In this document: positions 1-12,969 of the stretch, piece by piece
Layout of the letters: each line of letters begins with the position of its first letter
How positions within the stretch are numbered: the stretch's first letter is position 1
Assembly (NCBI RefSeq): GCF_001194135.2
Contig: NC_068986.1
Span: forward strand, 26,097,863 to 26,161,862
DNA: 64,000 bases
Reading direction: 5' to 3'
Source of the DNA: Octopus bimaculoides
Lineage: Eukaryota
Translations under genes and position numbers: made by a program
Notes under the pieces: model-generated
Told to the model about the DNA's origin: nothing
The model's database searches: none
The model's input: only the letters and a program-made list of their open reading frames with translations

Positions 1-247
1 TTTATTCTTTTACTGGTTTCAGTCTTTTGATTGTGGCCATGCTGGAGCATAGCCTTGAAGGGTTTTAGTCGAAAAAATTGACCTCAGGACTTATTATTTT
101 AAGCCTAGTACTTATTCTATTGGTCTCAGTTGATGAACTGCTAAGTTACAGGAAAGTAAACACACCAACACTAGTTGTCAAGCAATGATTGGTGGTGGTG
201 GTGGGGGTGCAAACATAGACACTATAGTAGAAGACACTTCTCCAAGG
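1..247 (-). mobile_element. SINE family A, 3' part, reverse orientation
   Basis: Reverse complement of the 3' half of the copy at 28688-29087 (ccatgctggagca, aagcctagtacttattctattggtctc, gtaaacacaccaacac, ctatagtagaagacact). Confidence 0.8.
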
Positions 248-1055
248 GCAATGCTAAAATATTTCTTCCCCTACCTAATACATTATGCTTATGAAAATAA
301 ATTACATTTACAATATACCTCAATGAAAAGAACAAAGGAGAAAGGTAAATAATTCAAACTGACAATTCAAACTACTCTCCTGAGGCAGTTTCTAGCCTTT
401 ATGACTTTTTTTGTCTGCCTCATTTGTTTATTATGCTCTTTTTCAGGCAGTAACTACCTTTCATCAACTTCTTTGTATGCTAGTCTTTCCTTTTTATCCT
501 TCTTTATTAAAAAAGGAGTAAAGGGCATGTACATGCAGATCTGCTCTCATAGCACACATGTGTGTGTGGGTGAGTGAGTATGTATGCATACATGCTTAGC
601 ACCACATTGACTTGTGTTTGAAAGTATTTCACAACATGCACTCTCTCCCCTCCTTGATCTGTCTTCTCTTCCCTAACTGTCAACTATTGCCTAATGAAAA
701 ATTTGAAAATTGATGTGCCACAAGGACAGGAGTCATTCATCCCCTCTTACCCTACCACTACCCCAGTCAACTAAAAATAAATAAATAAATAAATAGCTCT
801 GTTTCCTTTTTTTATCGTTATTAAATCATAATGATTCTCCTGTTTCTTATCCTCACAGTTCAAAACCACAGTCTACAATTTATAATTCCCCAACTTCCTT
901 CTCTTTCATTTAAATTACTCACTGTAGATGCCTTGTAAAACTGTATGCATTCTTACAAAACCACTTCTCTTTCTCTATTGTTACCTTTTCATTTTCCCAT
1001 TTTCCATTTCCCAAAACTATCTTTTCAATGCTCCAGTCAACTTCACTTCAATCCC

Positions 1056-1088
<33 letters not shown>

Positions 1089-1090
<2 letters not shown>

Positions 1091-1730
1091 AATTAAAAGA
1101 AGAGTGCCATTTGTTATCTGGTGAACGATATTTCGACATCTCGTGTGTCTTCAACTGGTTCAAAAAATAAATTTGTCAATCTACTTCATTTTGGTTAATA
1201 TAGAAAGGATTGACTCTATATCTTCAGGAGGAGTTACCTCAATCCTTTCTATATTAACCAAAATGAAGTAGATTGACAAATTTATTTTTTGAACCAGTTG
1301 AAGACACACGAGATGTCGAAATATCGTTCACCAGATAACAAATGGCACTCTTCTTTTAATTTTGACTCTATATCTTCAGGAGGAGTTACCTCAATCCTTN
1401 NNNNNNNNNTTAAAATTAAAAGAAGAGTGCCATTTGTTATCTGGTGAACGATATTTCGACATCTCGTGTGTCTTCAACTGGTTCAAAAAATAAATTTGTC
1501 AATCTACTTCATTTTGGTTAATATAGAAAGGATTGACTCTATATCTTCAGGAGGAGTTACCTCAATCCTTTCTATATTAACCAAAATGAAGTAGATTGAC
1601 AAATTTATTTTTTGAACCAGTTGAAGACACACGAGATGTCGAAATATCGTTCACCAGATAACAAATGGCACTCTTCTTTTAATTTTGACTCTATATCTTC
1701 AGGAGGAGTTACCTCAATCCTTTCTATATT
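1089..1730. repeat. Inverted and tandem arrangement of a 152-bp unit, forming two identical 125-bp-arm hairpins separated by a 10-N gap
   Basis: Arms 1089-1213/1239-1363 and 1412-1536/1562-1686 are perfect reverse complements with a 25-nt loop. The segment ttgactctatatc.. recurs with period 152. Flanked by (ATT)n on both sides. Confidence 0.95.
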
Positions 1731-1771
1731 ATTATTATTATTATCATTATTGTCATCATCATCATTATTAT

Positions 1772-1990
1772 TAGGGTGATGACCTGGCAGATTCATTACC
1801 ATGATGCTGGGCAAAATGCTTAGTGGCATTTCTTCTGGCTCTTTATGTTCTGAGTTCAAATTCTATCAGGGTCAACTTTGCCTTTCATCCTTTTGGGGTT
1901 GATCAAATAGGTACCAGTAAAATACTGAGGCTGATGTAATCGACCCCCCCACCACCACTCTCCTTGAAATTGTTGGCCTCGTGCCAAAAT
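1772..1990 (+). mobile_element. SINE family B (tRNA-like head, flanked by (ATT)n)
   Basis: Shares gctgggc.aaatgctt, gagttcaaattc (B-box-like), tcaactttgcctttcatcc and ccttgaaattg with the copies at 23374 and 23619. Confidence 0.8.
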
Positions 1991-2942
1991 TATTATTATT
2001 ATTATTATTACTATTTATGTATTTTAGTTTTGGTAACCATATAAAAGACATGCATATATTTCAACAACGATTAAAGAAACAAATTAGAAAGGATAAATAA
2101 AAAAGAAAAAATTGCTAATCGAAGAACTTATTAAAATACTAATTTGAAAATTATAAATATGGTATCCCTATTGTTACTGTTGATGATGAAGATGATGATG
2201 ACAATGATGGTGGCAGCAGCAGTAATACAAGTGGTGGAAGTAATGTTTCCTTAGCTACTTATATAGTAGCAATCCAGTCCAGGATTAAAAAGGAGCTTAT
2301 GCTGTCTGTTTAAAGCTGAACAGTTGGGTCAAACAGAGGACTACACACAACAGATATTTAAACTATGATTCATAAACAGAAATAGATTGACCGTCTGTTC
2401 TGTATTAAATACTATAAAAAGAATAATTGTAGAGCTTGAAGCATTATTCATACATATCCTTAATAAACGTAAAACATTTTCCAGTGATAATAAGATTCAA
2501 AATCCTTTACTTGTCTTTTTGTTATTTTCTTTCACTTGAATTCCATAAAATGTTAAGCTATCCATGCTCTACTGCCCATCTAACTCTTAGAGAGTTTACC
2601 AACAAAATGCGCCATAACTGTTTTTTCTTAAGTTAACAATGGATAGATAAAATTTGTATTTGACTTGAAAAGTGAAACTACACAGCTATTGTTTCAGTAA
2701 AATTATTTCATTACAGTGTTTCAACATGAAAATTCAAAGTTATGCATAAATTGTAGAGCCAGAAAGTTCAAACAAACAGATCCATGGCTCATAGGCATCA
2801 GTTCAATTCACACTAAAGTCATAGCACTTTACTTTAATTAATTAATGCATGTATGTATGTAGCAGCAACAGACCCAAGCAGTGATTAGGAATAAACAAAC
2901 TTTAGCTTAGTTAAAATATCGGTAAATTTGCCTTTAGAAGTT

Positions 2943-3036
2943 AATATGCCACAAACATTTTAACTAACCTAAATTTTATACACATACACACAATTTTGTA
3001 ATGAGGAATGCCAAATTATTTTTAAGTATACTGAAA

Positions 3037-3087
<51 letters not shown>

Positions 3088-3198
3088 AAATTTAGGTTAG
3101 TTAAAATATGTTTGTGGTATATTTTAACTAACCTAAATTTTACACACACACACATTCAGTATCCTTAAAGATAATTTGGCATTCCTCATTACAAAATT
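2943..3198. repeat. Fold-back (palindromic) element with internal (TG)n/(CA)n tracts
   Basis: aattttgtaatgaggaatgccaaattat (2992) is inverted at ataatttggcattcctcattacaaaatt (ends 3198). The inner IR aaatttaggttagttaaaatat/atattttaactaacctaaattt surrounds a short loop. An extra copy of the inner arm lies at about 2950-2982. Confidence 0.85.
3038..3084. repeat. (TG)n microsatellite. Many others are present, e.g. (TA)n near 12922, 29219, 39190, 39856; (AG)n near 22621; (GT)n near 42228 and 45514; GA-rich compound 52420-52515
   Basis: Directly visible simple repeats. Confidence 0.95.
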
Positions 3199-4843
3199 AA
3201 GGACAGCTGGGAAGGAGTCTACTTGTAATATACTAGCAAAGAACACAAATATCTGAATTATTTGTCTACCACCCCATTAACAAGACAAAACAGAATTTAG
3301 ATGGCCAACTAGATAAGGTTCTACATCAGCGATTCTCAACCATTTTTTTTTTTATCTTTGGATCTCTTTGATTACTATTTTTTTCTGGAGGACCCTCATA
3401 GCAATTCAATGCTCTATAAATGCATCTTTTAAAACTCCTATTTTGACTGGTACTTTACTTTATCAACCCAAGAAAGACGAAAGGCAAAGTGAACCCTGAT
3501 AATATTTGAACTCAGAACATATAGAATTGTAACCAAATAACTGCAAGGTATTTTGTCTGATGCTGTAACAACAACAATATTACAAAGAGGAAACCACAAA
3601 CATAATTGAGAATTGATATAACTAATTACGTATCTCAATTAAGCTTAGGTAAGTTTGATTTTCAGAAACGTTCAATTACCTTCTAATCAGTTAAAGAAGA
3701 GAAAAATCATTAAAAGTAAACTCCAGAAGATTTAAAACAACTAATCATTTACATTTTGCCCCTTTCCAGTGAAAAGTAACACATTTTTATTTCATTTGCA
3801 TTTTTGTTGTGCTCTCATCATTGTAATGTTATGAAGAATTATTCTTTATTTATATATTTATATTTTTGTATGTCTTTTAGTGTGTTAGAGTGAGATAATC
3901 ATTTACAATCATCTCTAAGTTAAAAAGGTTTGATTTGCTAATGTTTAGGTCATGTTTAGTGTCTTTGATTTTGGTTGATAAATTCCAGACACTGTAATTA
4001 TAATTTGTCACAAAACTTCTATGGTGAAACTCATTCTGAAGTATCTATTAAACAGATTATTTGAATATTGCTTAAAAGATTATTTCACTGCATTGACACT
4101 GTTATAATGACCAAGGACACTTTTGTTATAGTATAAGCCTACCACTTATTCTAACAAATCATTTCTTTTCATTAGTCATACTATTCCCCTAAAATAAAAC
4201 CATTAGTATAATATAAAATGGCATACTGTCGCCAAATTGGCCCTCAAATTCATTGCTCCATTCGCAAAAATACAAATGTGAGACGGCTTTTGCAACTTTA
4301 CTCCTTTGTAATGAAACAGCATTATTTTCTATAACGAAAATTATAAGTTGCCTAATAATTCTCTTGAAGCAACTTAAATTGATCTATTAATGAATTTATT
4401 TCGTGTGTGTGTGTGTATGTGTGTGTATGTGTGTGTGTGTGTGTGTGAGTGTGCGTATTGGTTTGGTTTAGAAGAAAGGCTTGTGGCCATGGCCTTCATA
4501 GCTGAGACTGATATAGTTGTTTCCCTCAAAACACACCATACTGCCATAAGAAAGAAAAGACACCTTGGACAATGTACGCCTAGAAAAATAACAGGATGAT
4601 CATGGCTGGAATGACTGGACTAAATGACAATGAGGATGAGACAGATTTAAGTTTTCTTTTTTCTGAAACATTGTAGATATCAAACATTCCATATTTTCCA
4701 ACATCACCACTCCACATGTATCAATTTGGGGAATGCCTTTTCTCATTCATGTATTGTGAGACATTTCAAGATGCTTTTACTACTAGAGTGAAGGAATCAT
4801 GCTGTGTCCCTCTTGAATGGCTATTTTAGCTCTGGATGATTAA

Positions 4844-5057
4844 CCCTTTCATTACTGTATTTATTTTGAAATGCTCTGTGGTACTTTCAGTTACTTTAAA
4901 TATAACAAAGAATTTAGTAAAATAACTTAGTCATCATTCAGTGAGTGTTAGGAACATAAATTGTAACTAAGGTTTGGTGGAAGATTTTAATTCAAAACTT
5001 ATGAATACAAGACATATGTACTCAGAGCCAGCTTCAGCTGGGTTGGTAACAAAAGGG
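4844..5057. mobile_element. piggyBac-like MITE
   Basis: Left end is TTAA|CCCTTTCATTAC and right end is GTAACAAAAGGG. The right TTAA is not preserved. The internal sequence is homologous to 16138-16310. Confidence 0.65.
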
Positions 5058-5240
5058 ACCCAACTTTAAGTTTTACATTTGTTTCTCCTAAGATTATAAA
5101 AATTAGTATATCGATTATTACAAAATAATAATCACATTAGATACTTAAACCTTCATAATAGTTTGAAAGCTGAAACACTTTTATGAATTGTATAATTAAG
5201 TGACATCTATAACATAACATTGTATTACATAGCTCTACAG

Positions 5241-5679
5241 TAGTGGTTCTTAATTTGGTTAGTAACATACTTTTAGGGGTGTTGTTAGCTCACATGAGAT
5301 GGCAGATATCAAGGGGTGTTATGGCAAATACTGGATGTTTAGAGGGCTCACAATTTTTCTTTGAAATAAAACAAACAGGATGCAATACTTATATTTCAAA
5401 CACATTTCTAAAAAAACTTTGTCAGGACTAAAATAGGAGTTGGACATTGTATTATACAAATTCTCATCTTTTTTAGCAATTTACATAAAAAAAGTGGCAT
5501 ATGTTGGATGGATTACAATAAGAAATTATGGATAATAAACCACAGCATCAAAATAACTTCTGTTTGATTAAAACAATTTACAGTAATTTTTTTTTTTTTT
5601 CAAAACAAATGTAGAAGGTATTTATTAGATGCCATACCATAAAACTAGGTACTGAGCTACAAAATATTGAGAAACACTG
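5241..5679. mobile_element. hAT-like MITE (degenerate)
   Basis: Termini tagtggttcttaa and ttgagaaacactg resemble the CAGTGxTTCTCAA hAT TIR. The TSD is imperfect. Confidence 0.45.
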
Positions 5680-8600
5680 GCCTTACAGCTACTAATTAAA
5701 TTATTTAGTATATTGTTGTTTATTCTTTTTTAATAAAACCTAGTCACCCATAATTTAGACTCACAAGGTGTGATAATCAATAGGTCTCTGTTATTTCAAC
5801 CATCACTGCTGAGTGCACTAATGGTATTTACAAGGGTAGGTAAATGACACTCGAAAATAGCAACTTGTTTCATATTCTGCCTTCAGCAGATGACCAACAA
5901 AGCAAGAATGTACTACTAAAGCTGAATTACTTAACAACAAAAAAACCAAGGTCATAATAAATGGATTCATAGCAACCATCAGCATAGATCAGCATAAATC
6001 AGCATTTGAACATTAACTATGTTGGGATCTTTTCTCACTTTGGAAGGAATCTCTAGAGAAGGTGGTGTGTAATAGAATAAGCAAGAATAAGTGAAGTTGT
6101 GAAAGAATCTTTGCCCTAAATAGTCTAACACTAGCAGAAGGATCACGAAACTATATTTTAGTTTGTGTTATCTTGTGAGATGTGGATGTGGACAGTGCTT
6201 TCCACTTGCAGTGCGTTCTTAAAATTCTTCAAGTAACATGCTGGTATGCTAGAAAGGTACTGACTTGATGAGAAAAATACAGAAAATACAGAGGAAATCT
6301 TTGTCTTTAGGAAGAGAAGCCTGCAGAAATAACACTAGAATGATTCTTAGGAAATAATAAAAGAAAGGGGAGACAGCTAAAATGCCAAAGAAGATTTGAG
6401 GCAGATGCAGTCTGAAAGTAAGTTGTTTGATTGGCTGAATGTAATCATAGCCATTGAAGAAACTCTGTTGTCTGATACTCTGGTGAGAGCAAGAATTAAC
6501 AAAACTTAAATTTCAAAAAATAACATGTCAGTCATGCTGTCACTTAGTTGTTATTTTCATAGAATATGCATATTTGTAATTCTGTATGTGTAAACAACGT
6601 ATAGACCCATAGCACTGAATATATTTTATTTGCTAAATATTTATCTAAATGCTATTTGTGTAATTTTTCCAAAACAAATTTCAGCAACCAATTACTAATC
6701 TGAATTTCACATTAAATTATCAAAAGAGAAATATTTTGTTGTATTAAAATTAGTACCTGCAATCTTAATATGTCTTTAAAAAACCAATTTCATTGCCATC
6801 TTTAGAAGAGTCATTAAATTAATGTATTCTGCTATTTGCTATTTGATTTGAAAGTAATAACTAGTCTTTAGATGCTATGTTCCGCAACTAGTATTTATTA
6901 CAATATTTATCAAAGTTTTTGCAGTCATTATTGCAGCATTAAAAGCAAAAGTAGCCCAACATTAACATAAAATAAAGTAATGCCAGGTAACAGACATAGC
7001 AAAAAGGAAATGTATACAAATAATGAAAGCTAATTTTGTGTATTTTTTGACAAATATATTTTGTATATATCTGATGAATATGCACACTTTCTGCATATAT
7101 TCAACTGACCATCTCAAAACTCATGTAAGAGCATTGACTCTTACATAATTACATATATAATTGTATGTAATCATGTAGAACAAGCCACATTAGATCAGAT
7201 TTTTTGGAATTTGATATAAAAACATTCAAATAAGCATTATCTCAATTATTTTTAACTTCTTTCTTTTTTAAAACATTTTGTCTGCATCTATTGTCTTAGC
7301 ACTTGAAATATAAGTTAGTTCGGTTAGCTTTCAGATATCTGCATATGTTTGAATATTTTTTTTATTAGTGTGAGGACATAGTGTATAAGTGAATGCACAC
7401 ACAACTGTTTCTTAGATTTAAATATTTGTATTGAATGTAAGAATAGATATTTTAGAGTGGAATACTCTCCCTAACTCTGACTATGGAACAGAACAAACAA
7501 CTATCTTTCAGCAAGACAGACTGAGAAAAGGAGAATAAGATTAAATATAAAAAAATAAAAAAGATTAATACGTTCCTCTGAGTAGAATGCAACATAGGCT
7601 GGAAAAATTTGTGCATATTTGCCAAATAACATCTTCCCTTGAAGTGAAATACAATATTTGATCAAGAACAGATCTGTCTAAATCTTACTTGTCTTGTGCC
7701 ACAAGCTGACAACTGCCAGGTCAAATATCTTTTACTCAGCTCGTGTTATCTATTTTATCCTAATCAGAGTAACCACTTCTCTCCTGCACAGCAAGCAAAG
7801 CTTTTAATACAAAATTGTTTATTTTCGCTAGTTTGCAGATGCACAAATATGAGTGATGTATATCTGTACAATCAAATATATTGCATTCTGGCAGCAGGTC
7901 ATTATCTTTGGAACTCTTCCTAGAGCAAACCATCTTTTCATGGAATGTTACTTGTCTTCTATCTATCAAGTGTGAAGGAAATGATATAAGGTTTAAAGTT
8001 TCTGGAAAGTAATTCTGAAGTCAAGAATTTTAAGTCTTCAGTTCTTGTTAATGCTAAAAAGATACATCAAGTTCAATTTAAATTGAATTTAAGATAGTAA
8101 AAATAAATTTCAAATCTATTAATCTAAGGAAACAAGCCACAGTCTGTGTGCCAATTCCTAAGGTAAATTCACTGATCTTACTAACTTTCTATATATCGTC
8201 CTCACCATTAACATCTCAAAAGATGTTAGCAATAAGGGTGGTATATAGATATCAACTTGCAGATGACCAAGCTAGGCATCAGTTGCCAAACAATCACCAA
8301 TGTTGAAGGGACAGCAAATGTCATAAGTAATGAAAAAAAAACAAACTATTCTTATATCTTATATCTTTATCACTGTCTAAACAGAGGTGGAAGCAAATTC
8401 AGTCAAAACAAAAATTGGAAAAATTTTATATGAATCATTTAAAATTAAGGGAGACCATTATAAGAATAGCAAAGGTGATGAAATTAAGAGGAAAGAAAAA
8501 GAGCAGTTGGCTTTTCACCTGAAAAAAAAACTAAAAAACAAAACAAAAAAAAAAACTAATAAGGAAACCTCTAAAATTTAAGTACAAAGACAACCCCATG

Positions 8601-10374
8601 AGAGAGCCTCTAGGCAGTTACTTAACTTGTGAGAAATAACAACCAAACTGATCTCAACTCAAAATGTTAAGTGTTTAAAAAGGAAGGACACACTGAACAA
8701 TGTAATCCTTGGTATAAAAAATAAAAGATGCAATGGTTATGACTGAAGAGACTCTTGATCAAAGGCCTGTCCAATCAGGGCTGATCTGGGGGTGAAATGA
8801 CAATTACTTAAATACCAAATTCTTCGTTTATTTGCAATTGATGTCCAGTTTAGTTTTGTATCCACACTAGAGATAATGTGATCATGCTAATCAATGTAAA
8901 AAGCTGAATTGACAGGGTTGTGGTCTGTTTTATTACTGTGATAATTTTGAATAATGTAGTCATGACCATATAGTTAATAACTATACAATTACACAGTTCA
9001 ACTCCAATGTGCAGCACCTTGGGTAAGTACTTTCTACTAGATTATTGTGTTAACTCCCAGCTTTATAAGTGTAACTGAGTAGATGGAAACTGTATAGAAG
9101 CCTGCTAGATAAACTGTATCGGTTTTTGGGAAGTAAACTTAATCTACCACCTACTTTAACACCACCACTTGGTCTTTGAGTATTGTTAGTGAAGTTTATT
9201 GTTCCAAGTATTTGGACAAGATCTCTTATCTGAGTTTAACCCAGCACTTTGATATGCTACATCAACTTATGAATCAGTTTCTTCCACCTTTTCCTCCTAC
9301 TAATTCAGAGGCCACAGAGGATTATGGGCACTCCATTTTCTCCTCTGACAAAAGAAAAAGTTGTTTTCAACCCAAGTTAGTCTGATTAAGTAAACCAAAG
9401 ATCAAAAGTGTTCTGGGTAAGAGCATCTTGTCTTTTTTCTTTTTTTCAGGCATAGTGTATCTAGGACTCTATTATCCAATATATCTTGCCTCTTTCTAGG
9501 TTGCAATTTGAGACAGATTTAGCTGCTAGTTCTACTAAGTTGTGGAGCCACATACAAACTTCCTCATTAGCTGACAAATATAATAACAGTTTTACAAACT
9601 AGTTATAAATAAAATCAAATTACTATGCCATTGTGTTGAATTCGATATTTTTTTTTGTTGTAAAACCAAAAATATATTCTTGATACTTGATGTGAGAGCT
9701 TAAAAACAGAAAGAATCAACAACAGAGGAAATATATTTCTCACTGGTAATGAACAAAGTGGTTTTGAAACGATACATTTAGGAACTGGATACAATGACAT
9801 CCAAGAGCCAACAGATGAGTTATTTCTAAGATAATTGATGGGTACTGAAAGAAAACGAGAACTAATCACCAAAAACCCAAAGTAGAAACAAACTGAGTTA
9901 TTTTTGTTCACAAAGATGTTGTACAAGTGCTTTAGTGTAAAGTTATCAAATGGAATAAAATTACATAATTCTAATAAGCACATCGACTAAGAGAGATATT
10001 TATCTAGACTAATGGCGTACATGAAAATGTTGGTAGACATTATCTGCGAGACAAAAATAATTCAATATGATACAATCACATTTTTGAGAGTTGAACCAAA
10101 TTTGAAAAACCATATTTGATGGCATATAAGATGGTCGTTTTTTTTAAAAAAAAAAACAATGTCTCTCAAAAATTCATCCTGGATCCTATACACAAAGTTG
10201 GGCCTCCCATAAGCTTTAAGGCACTAAAAACTATTTTTTCCTGAATATGCACTGCTGAAATTGGGATGCATCTAATATGTTTGCGCATCTTTCATGCTAA
10301 CAAATACAGTAAGTACATGTTTTAACTATACCAATTAAGAAAACTAAACGAAAAAAAAAAAAAATTCCCCTTAC

Positions 10375-10557
10375 CTCTCTGTGGAAATCCTTATTGGTGA
10401 AAAGGTTTAATTCTTCCCCCATGATTTCTTGCTGGTTCAGCACATCCTGGTAGTCCATCTCCTTGATGATACCGGGGTCATCAATACCGTTAGCTTTCAG
10501 AAACTCCATGTAGGCAACCTGGAATGCCTGCCCAATAGACTGGGCAATTAGTTGAGC
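10375..10557 (-). CDS. APBA: X11/Mint/APBA internal coding exon (PTB C-terminal helix and linker to PDZ1): AQLIAQSIGQAFQVAYMEFLKANGIDDPGIIKEMDYQDVLNQQEIMGEELNLFTNKDFHRE
   Basis: 183 nt, phase 0/0. Acceptor is tttattatttCAG|GCT and donor is GAG|GTAAGG. AQLIAQSIGQAF.VAY.EFL.ANGI is the conserved APBA sequence that directly follows the previous exon. Overlaps ORF 10297..10509. Confidence 0.97.
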
Positions 10558-11123
10558 CTGAAATAATAAATTTATAAATACTCCTCTATATATAAAAATA
10601 AAAAAATTGCATAACTTTACAAATAAATAGTAATTTTCCTTAATTAAACCATCACCATCATCATTTCACTTCCATTTACCATGCTGGCATGGTGCTAAAA
10701 TATAAAGTAAAAATAATAACATTCTTATGACAATTTCCTGAGACATTGGTCCCAACACATATCTGAAATGAAAGTCTAAAATCTCAACCCCTGAGGGATT
10801 CAAAATCAGAGAATACAAAAATTGAGATAAATACTGAAAGGTATTTAGTCCAGTGTACCACTTCACTGCTTCATTACTTGTGATAGATTTTCTACACTGC
10901 AGAACTAGTTTTTCATAGAACACACACACACATACAAACTTGTCTGAGCCCAACACATCATTGTGTAATAATATAACAGACAAAAAATAAGGAATAAAAC
11001 TATGTTTAAAAATAAGACAAATCATGACAAGTGGGCTTCTACAGAAGTTACTCAATCTAGTACTACTGCATGTAAATCTACCCACTGAAACAAATCATTC
11101 CTGTCAGAAATGGCTTGAATATT

Positions 11124-11197
11124 AACACCTAGTTTTACTTAGTATAACACCTAGTTTTACTTAGTGTAACATCTAGTTTTACTTAGTGTAATATCTA
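11124..11197. repeat. Minisatellite, 22-bp unit, about 3.3 copies
   Basis: aacacctagttttacttagt(a/g)t starts at 11124, 11146 and 11168, with a partial copy at 11190. Confidence 0.9.
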
Positions 11198-12919
11198 ACA
11201 AAGCAGATTGAAAGATATAGTTTGATCAATGAAAACCATTCAAGATCTAATAAATCTTATAATAGAAATATAAAAATATATATATATAGATACACAAACA
11301 TACATACACCTATTGCTTGCATGCAAACATATACACATGTGCAAACTTACAGTGAAGTAAGATAGCATTTTCACACTGCTGGCTTTTTTTCTTCTTTATT
11401 TCGTCAAGAGAACTTAAATAATTTTTAAAAGCAGTACACACACACAGACTTTGATTTTAATACTAAAGGAACTAAGATCATACATACAAAGTTTTTGATT
11501 TCTTTACTGAATTGATATTTTCCAAAAAATGTTTCTCCCTCAATTTTTTTTTTTTTTGTTACACTTGAAAAGAAAATGCCTAATACCAGTGGTCCTTCTT
11601 AACAAAATACTACTAAGCATTATAAGCACCAATTTGAGACAGTTAAGTGTATCAGGTCCAGAGTGAAAGCGTTACCACATATACTACAGTGTATGCCATG
11701 CCTTGAATTTGGTACCATAAAACTATTTCCCACTATTTTAACATTTTTACTATTTATTTTAATTCTATTATTTTTTCTCCATATGATAATTCATTATTAA
11801 TGCCAGTGGAGTAGATAGGAATTGCTAATAATGTTCAACAGAACAAAATATCCCACCTCAGTTTGATGAAAAATAACCTAATTTAAATATATAAGGAAAT
11901 AAATTAACTCGAGATTTTTGGCAGAAAATAATGTTAGACAATTTTGTTTCTAATATTCCTAATATTCTAAACTTGTAATTTAAATACGCTTATATGAATA
12001 AATAACTACATTGTGAGAATACTATTTCAAAACTTTATTAGAGTTTCCATGGGTATTTTTGTTGTTAAAAAAAAATTGTTACAGTTTATGATAAATATCT
12101 TTAAAAAGCTGTGTCAAACTATGTAAATTCTCTCACTGCCAAAAAATAAACCCCAGAGGCATTCATTAAATTACCTTGGTGAATATCTTTTATCTTTTCG
12201 TCAGGAGGGCAGACAGAACTCATGACTAGTTGTAGGGTCTGTTGGGAAGAAGGTATCCGCAACCCCAGGTGAGAATGCATGAAACTGTACTCAATAAAGG
12301 GAGTTATGAAAAACTATTGAAGGAAAGGAAAATGGTTGCTGTTGACAAAGAATAATGTTCAACAGAAATACCACATTGGCCAACTTTGCCTTTTATATTA
12401 CTGGGGTTGATAAAAAAGTCTTGTAATCCAAGACAGTGGATTGGTAAAGTGGATGCCTTGTGGTACTTGTGAATTTCTAGAATAATTAGCTGTGGAAACA
12501 TCCCTAGAAAGAACAGGACACACCTTTAGATTCTGATTTTTTTTTCTTTCACAACTTTGCAACCAAGCATGTGGCTGGTCAATAAAAACAGAGTGAGAGA
12601 TGGCTAACACTCAGTCATTAATTAAAAGTCTCTTATCAAATGATTTCCTATATTCCGTAAAAGGATGTTTGTGAGCCATTGTTACTCAGTTTGATGTATT
12701 GAGTACTCTCTACTTTATTTCATAAATCTCCAACTAACTCTCTTTCACACACACTGCAATAATTCTTTATTTTTATTACAGTAATTGATTTTCCTTAAAT
12801 GTTGAGAGATAGAGAGAGAGAGAGGAGTAAGTATATAACTAATGGAAATATATAATTAATAGAATACTGTTAGCACTAAAACCAATATTATAAACATTCT
12901 TTTGTCTTCAAAACAACAA

Positions 12920-12969
<50 letters not shown>

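Noticed and set aside
1400-1730. Second copy of the hairpin block as a real tandem duplication
   Set aside because: It is identical to 1089-1399 and separated by a 10-N placeholder gap, which is typical of unmerged overlapping contigs. Copy number cannot be trusted.
6020-6480. Possible RTE LINE C-terminal remnant on the plus strand
   Set aside because: Only faint motif similarity, not supportable by eye.
9640-10140. Possible decayed piggyBac-like transposase on the plus strand (TDELFLR*LMGTERKREL..)
   Set aside because: The resemblance is weak and no catalytic motif was recovered. It needs BLASTX. The nearby plus-strand acceptor at 9449 has no supported exon, and the GTAAGT at about 9023 lies in a SINE fragment.
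1-10374. APBA PDZ1 exon (expected ..GEILGVVIVESGWGS..)
   Set aside because: Not found by eye, so it presumably lies beyond the window start.
11124-11197. CRISPR-like short direct repeats
   Set aside because: There are no spacers and the context is a eukaryotic intron. It is a simple minisatellite.
12205-12245. Intronic pre-miRNA hairpin
   Set aside because: Only a 7-bp outer stem and a 4-bp inner stem pair, which is too short and bulged for a pre-miRNA.
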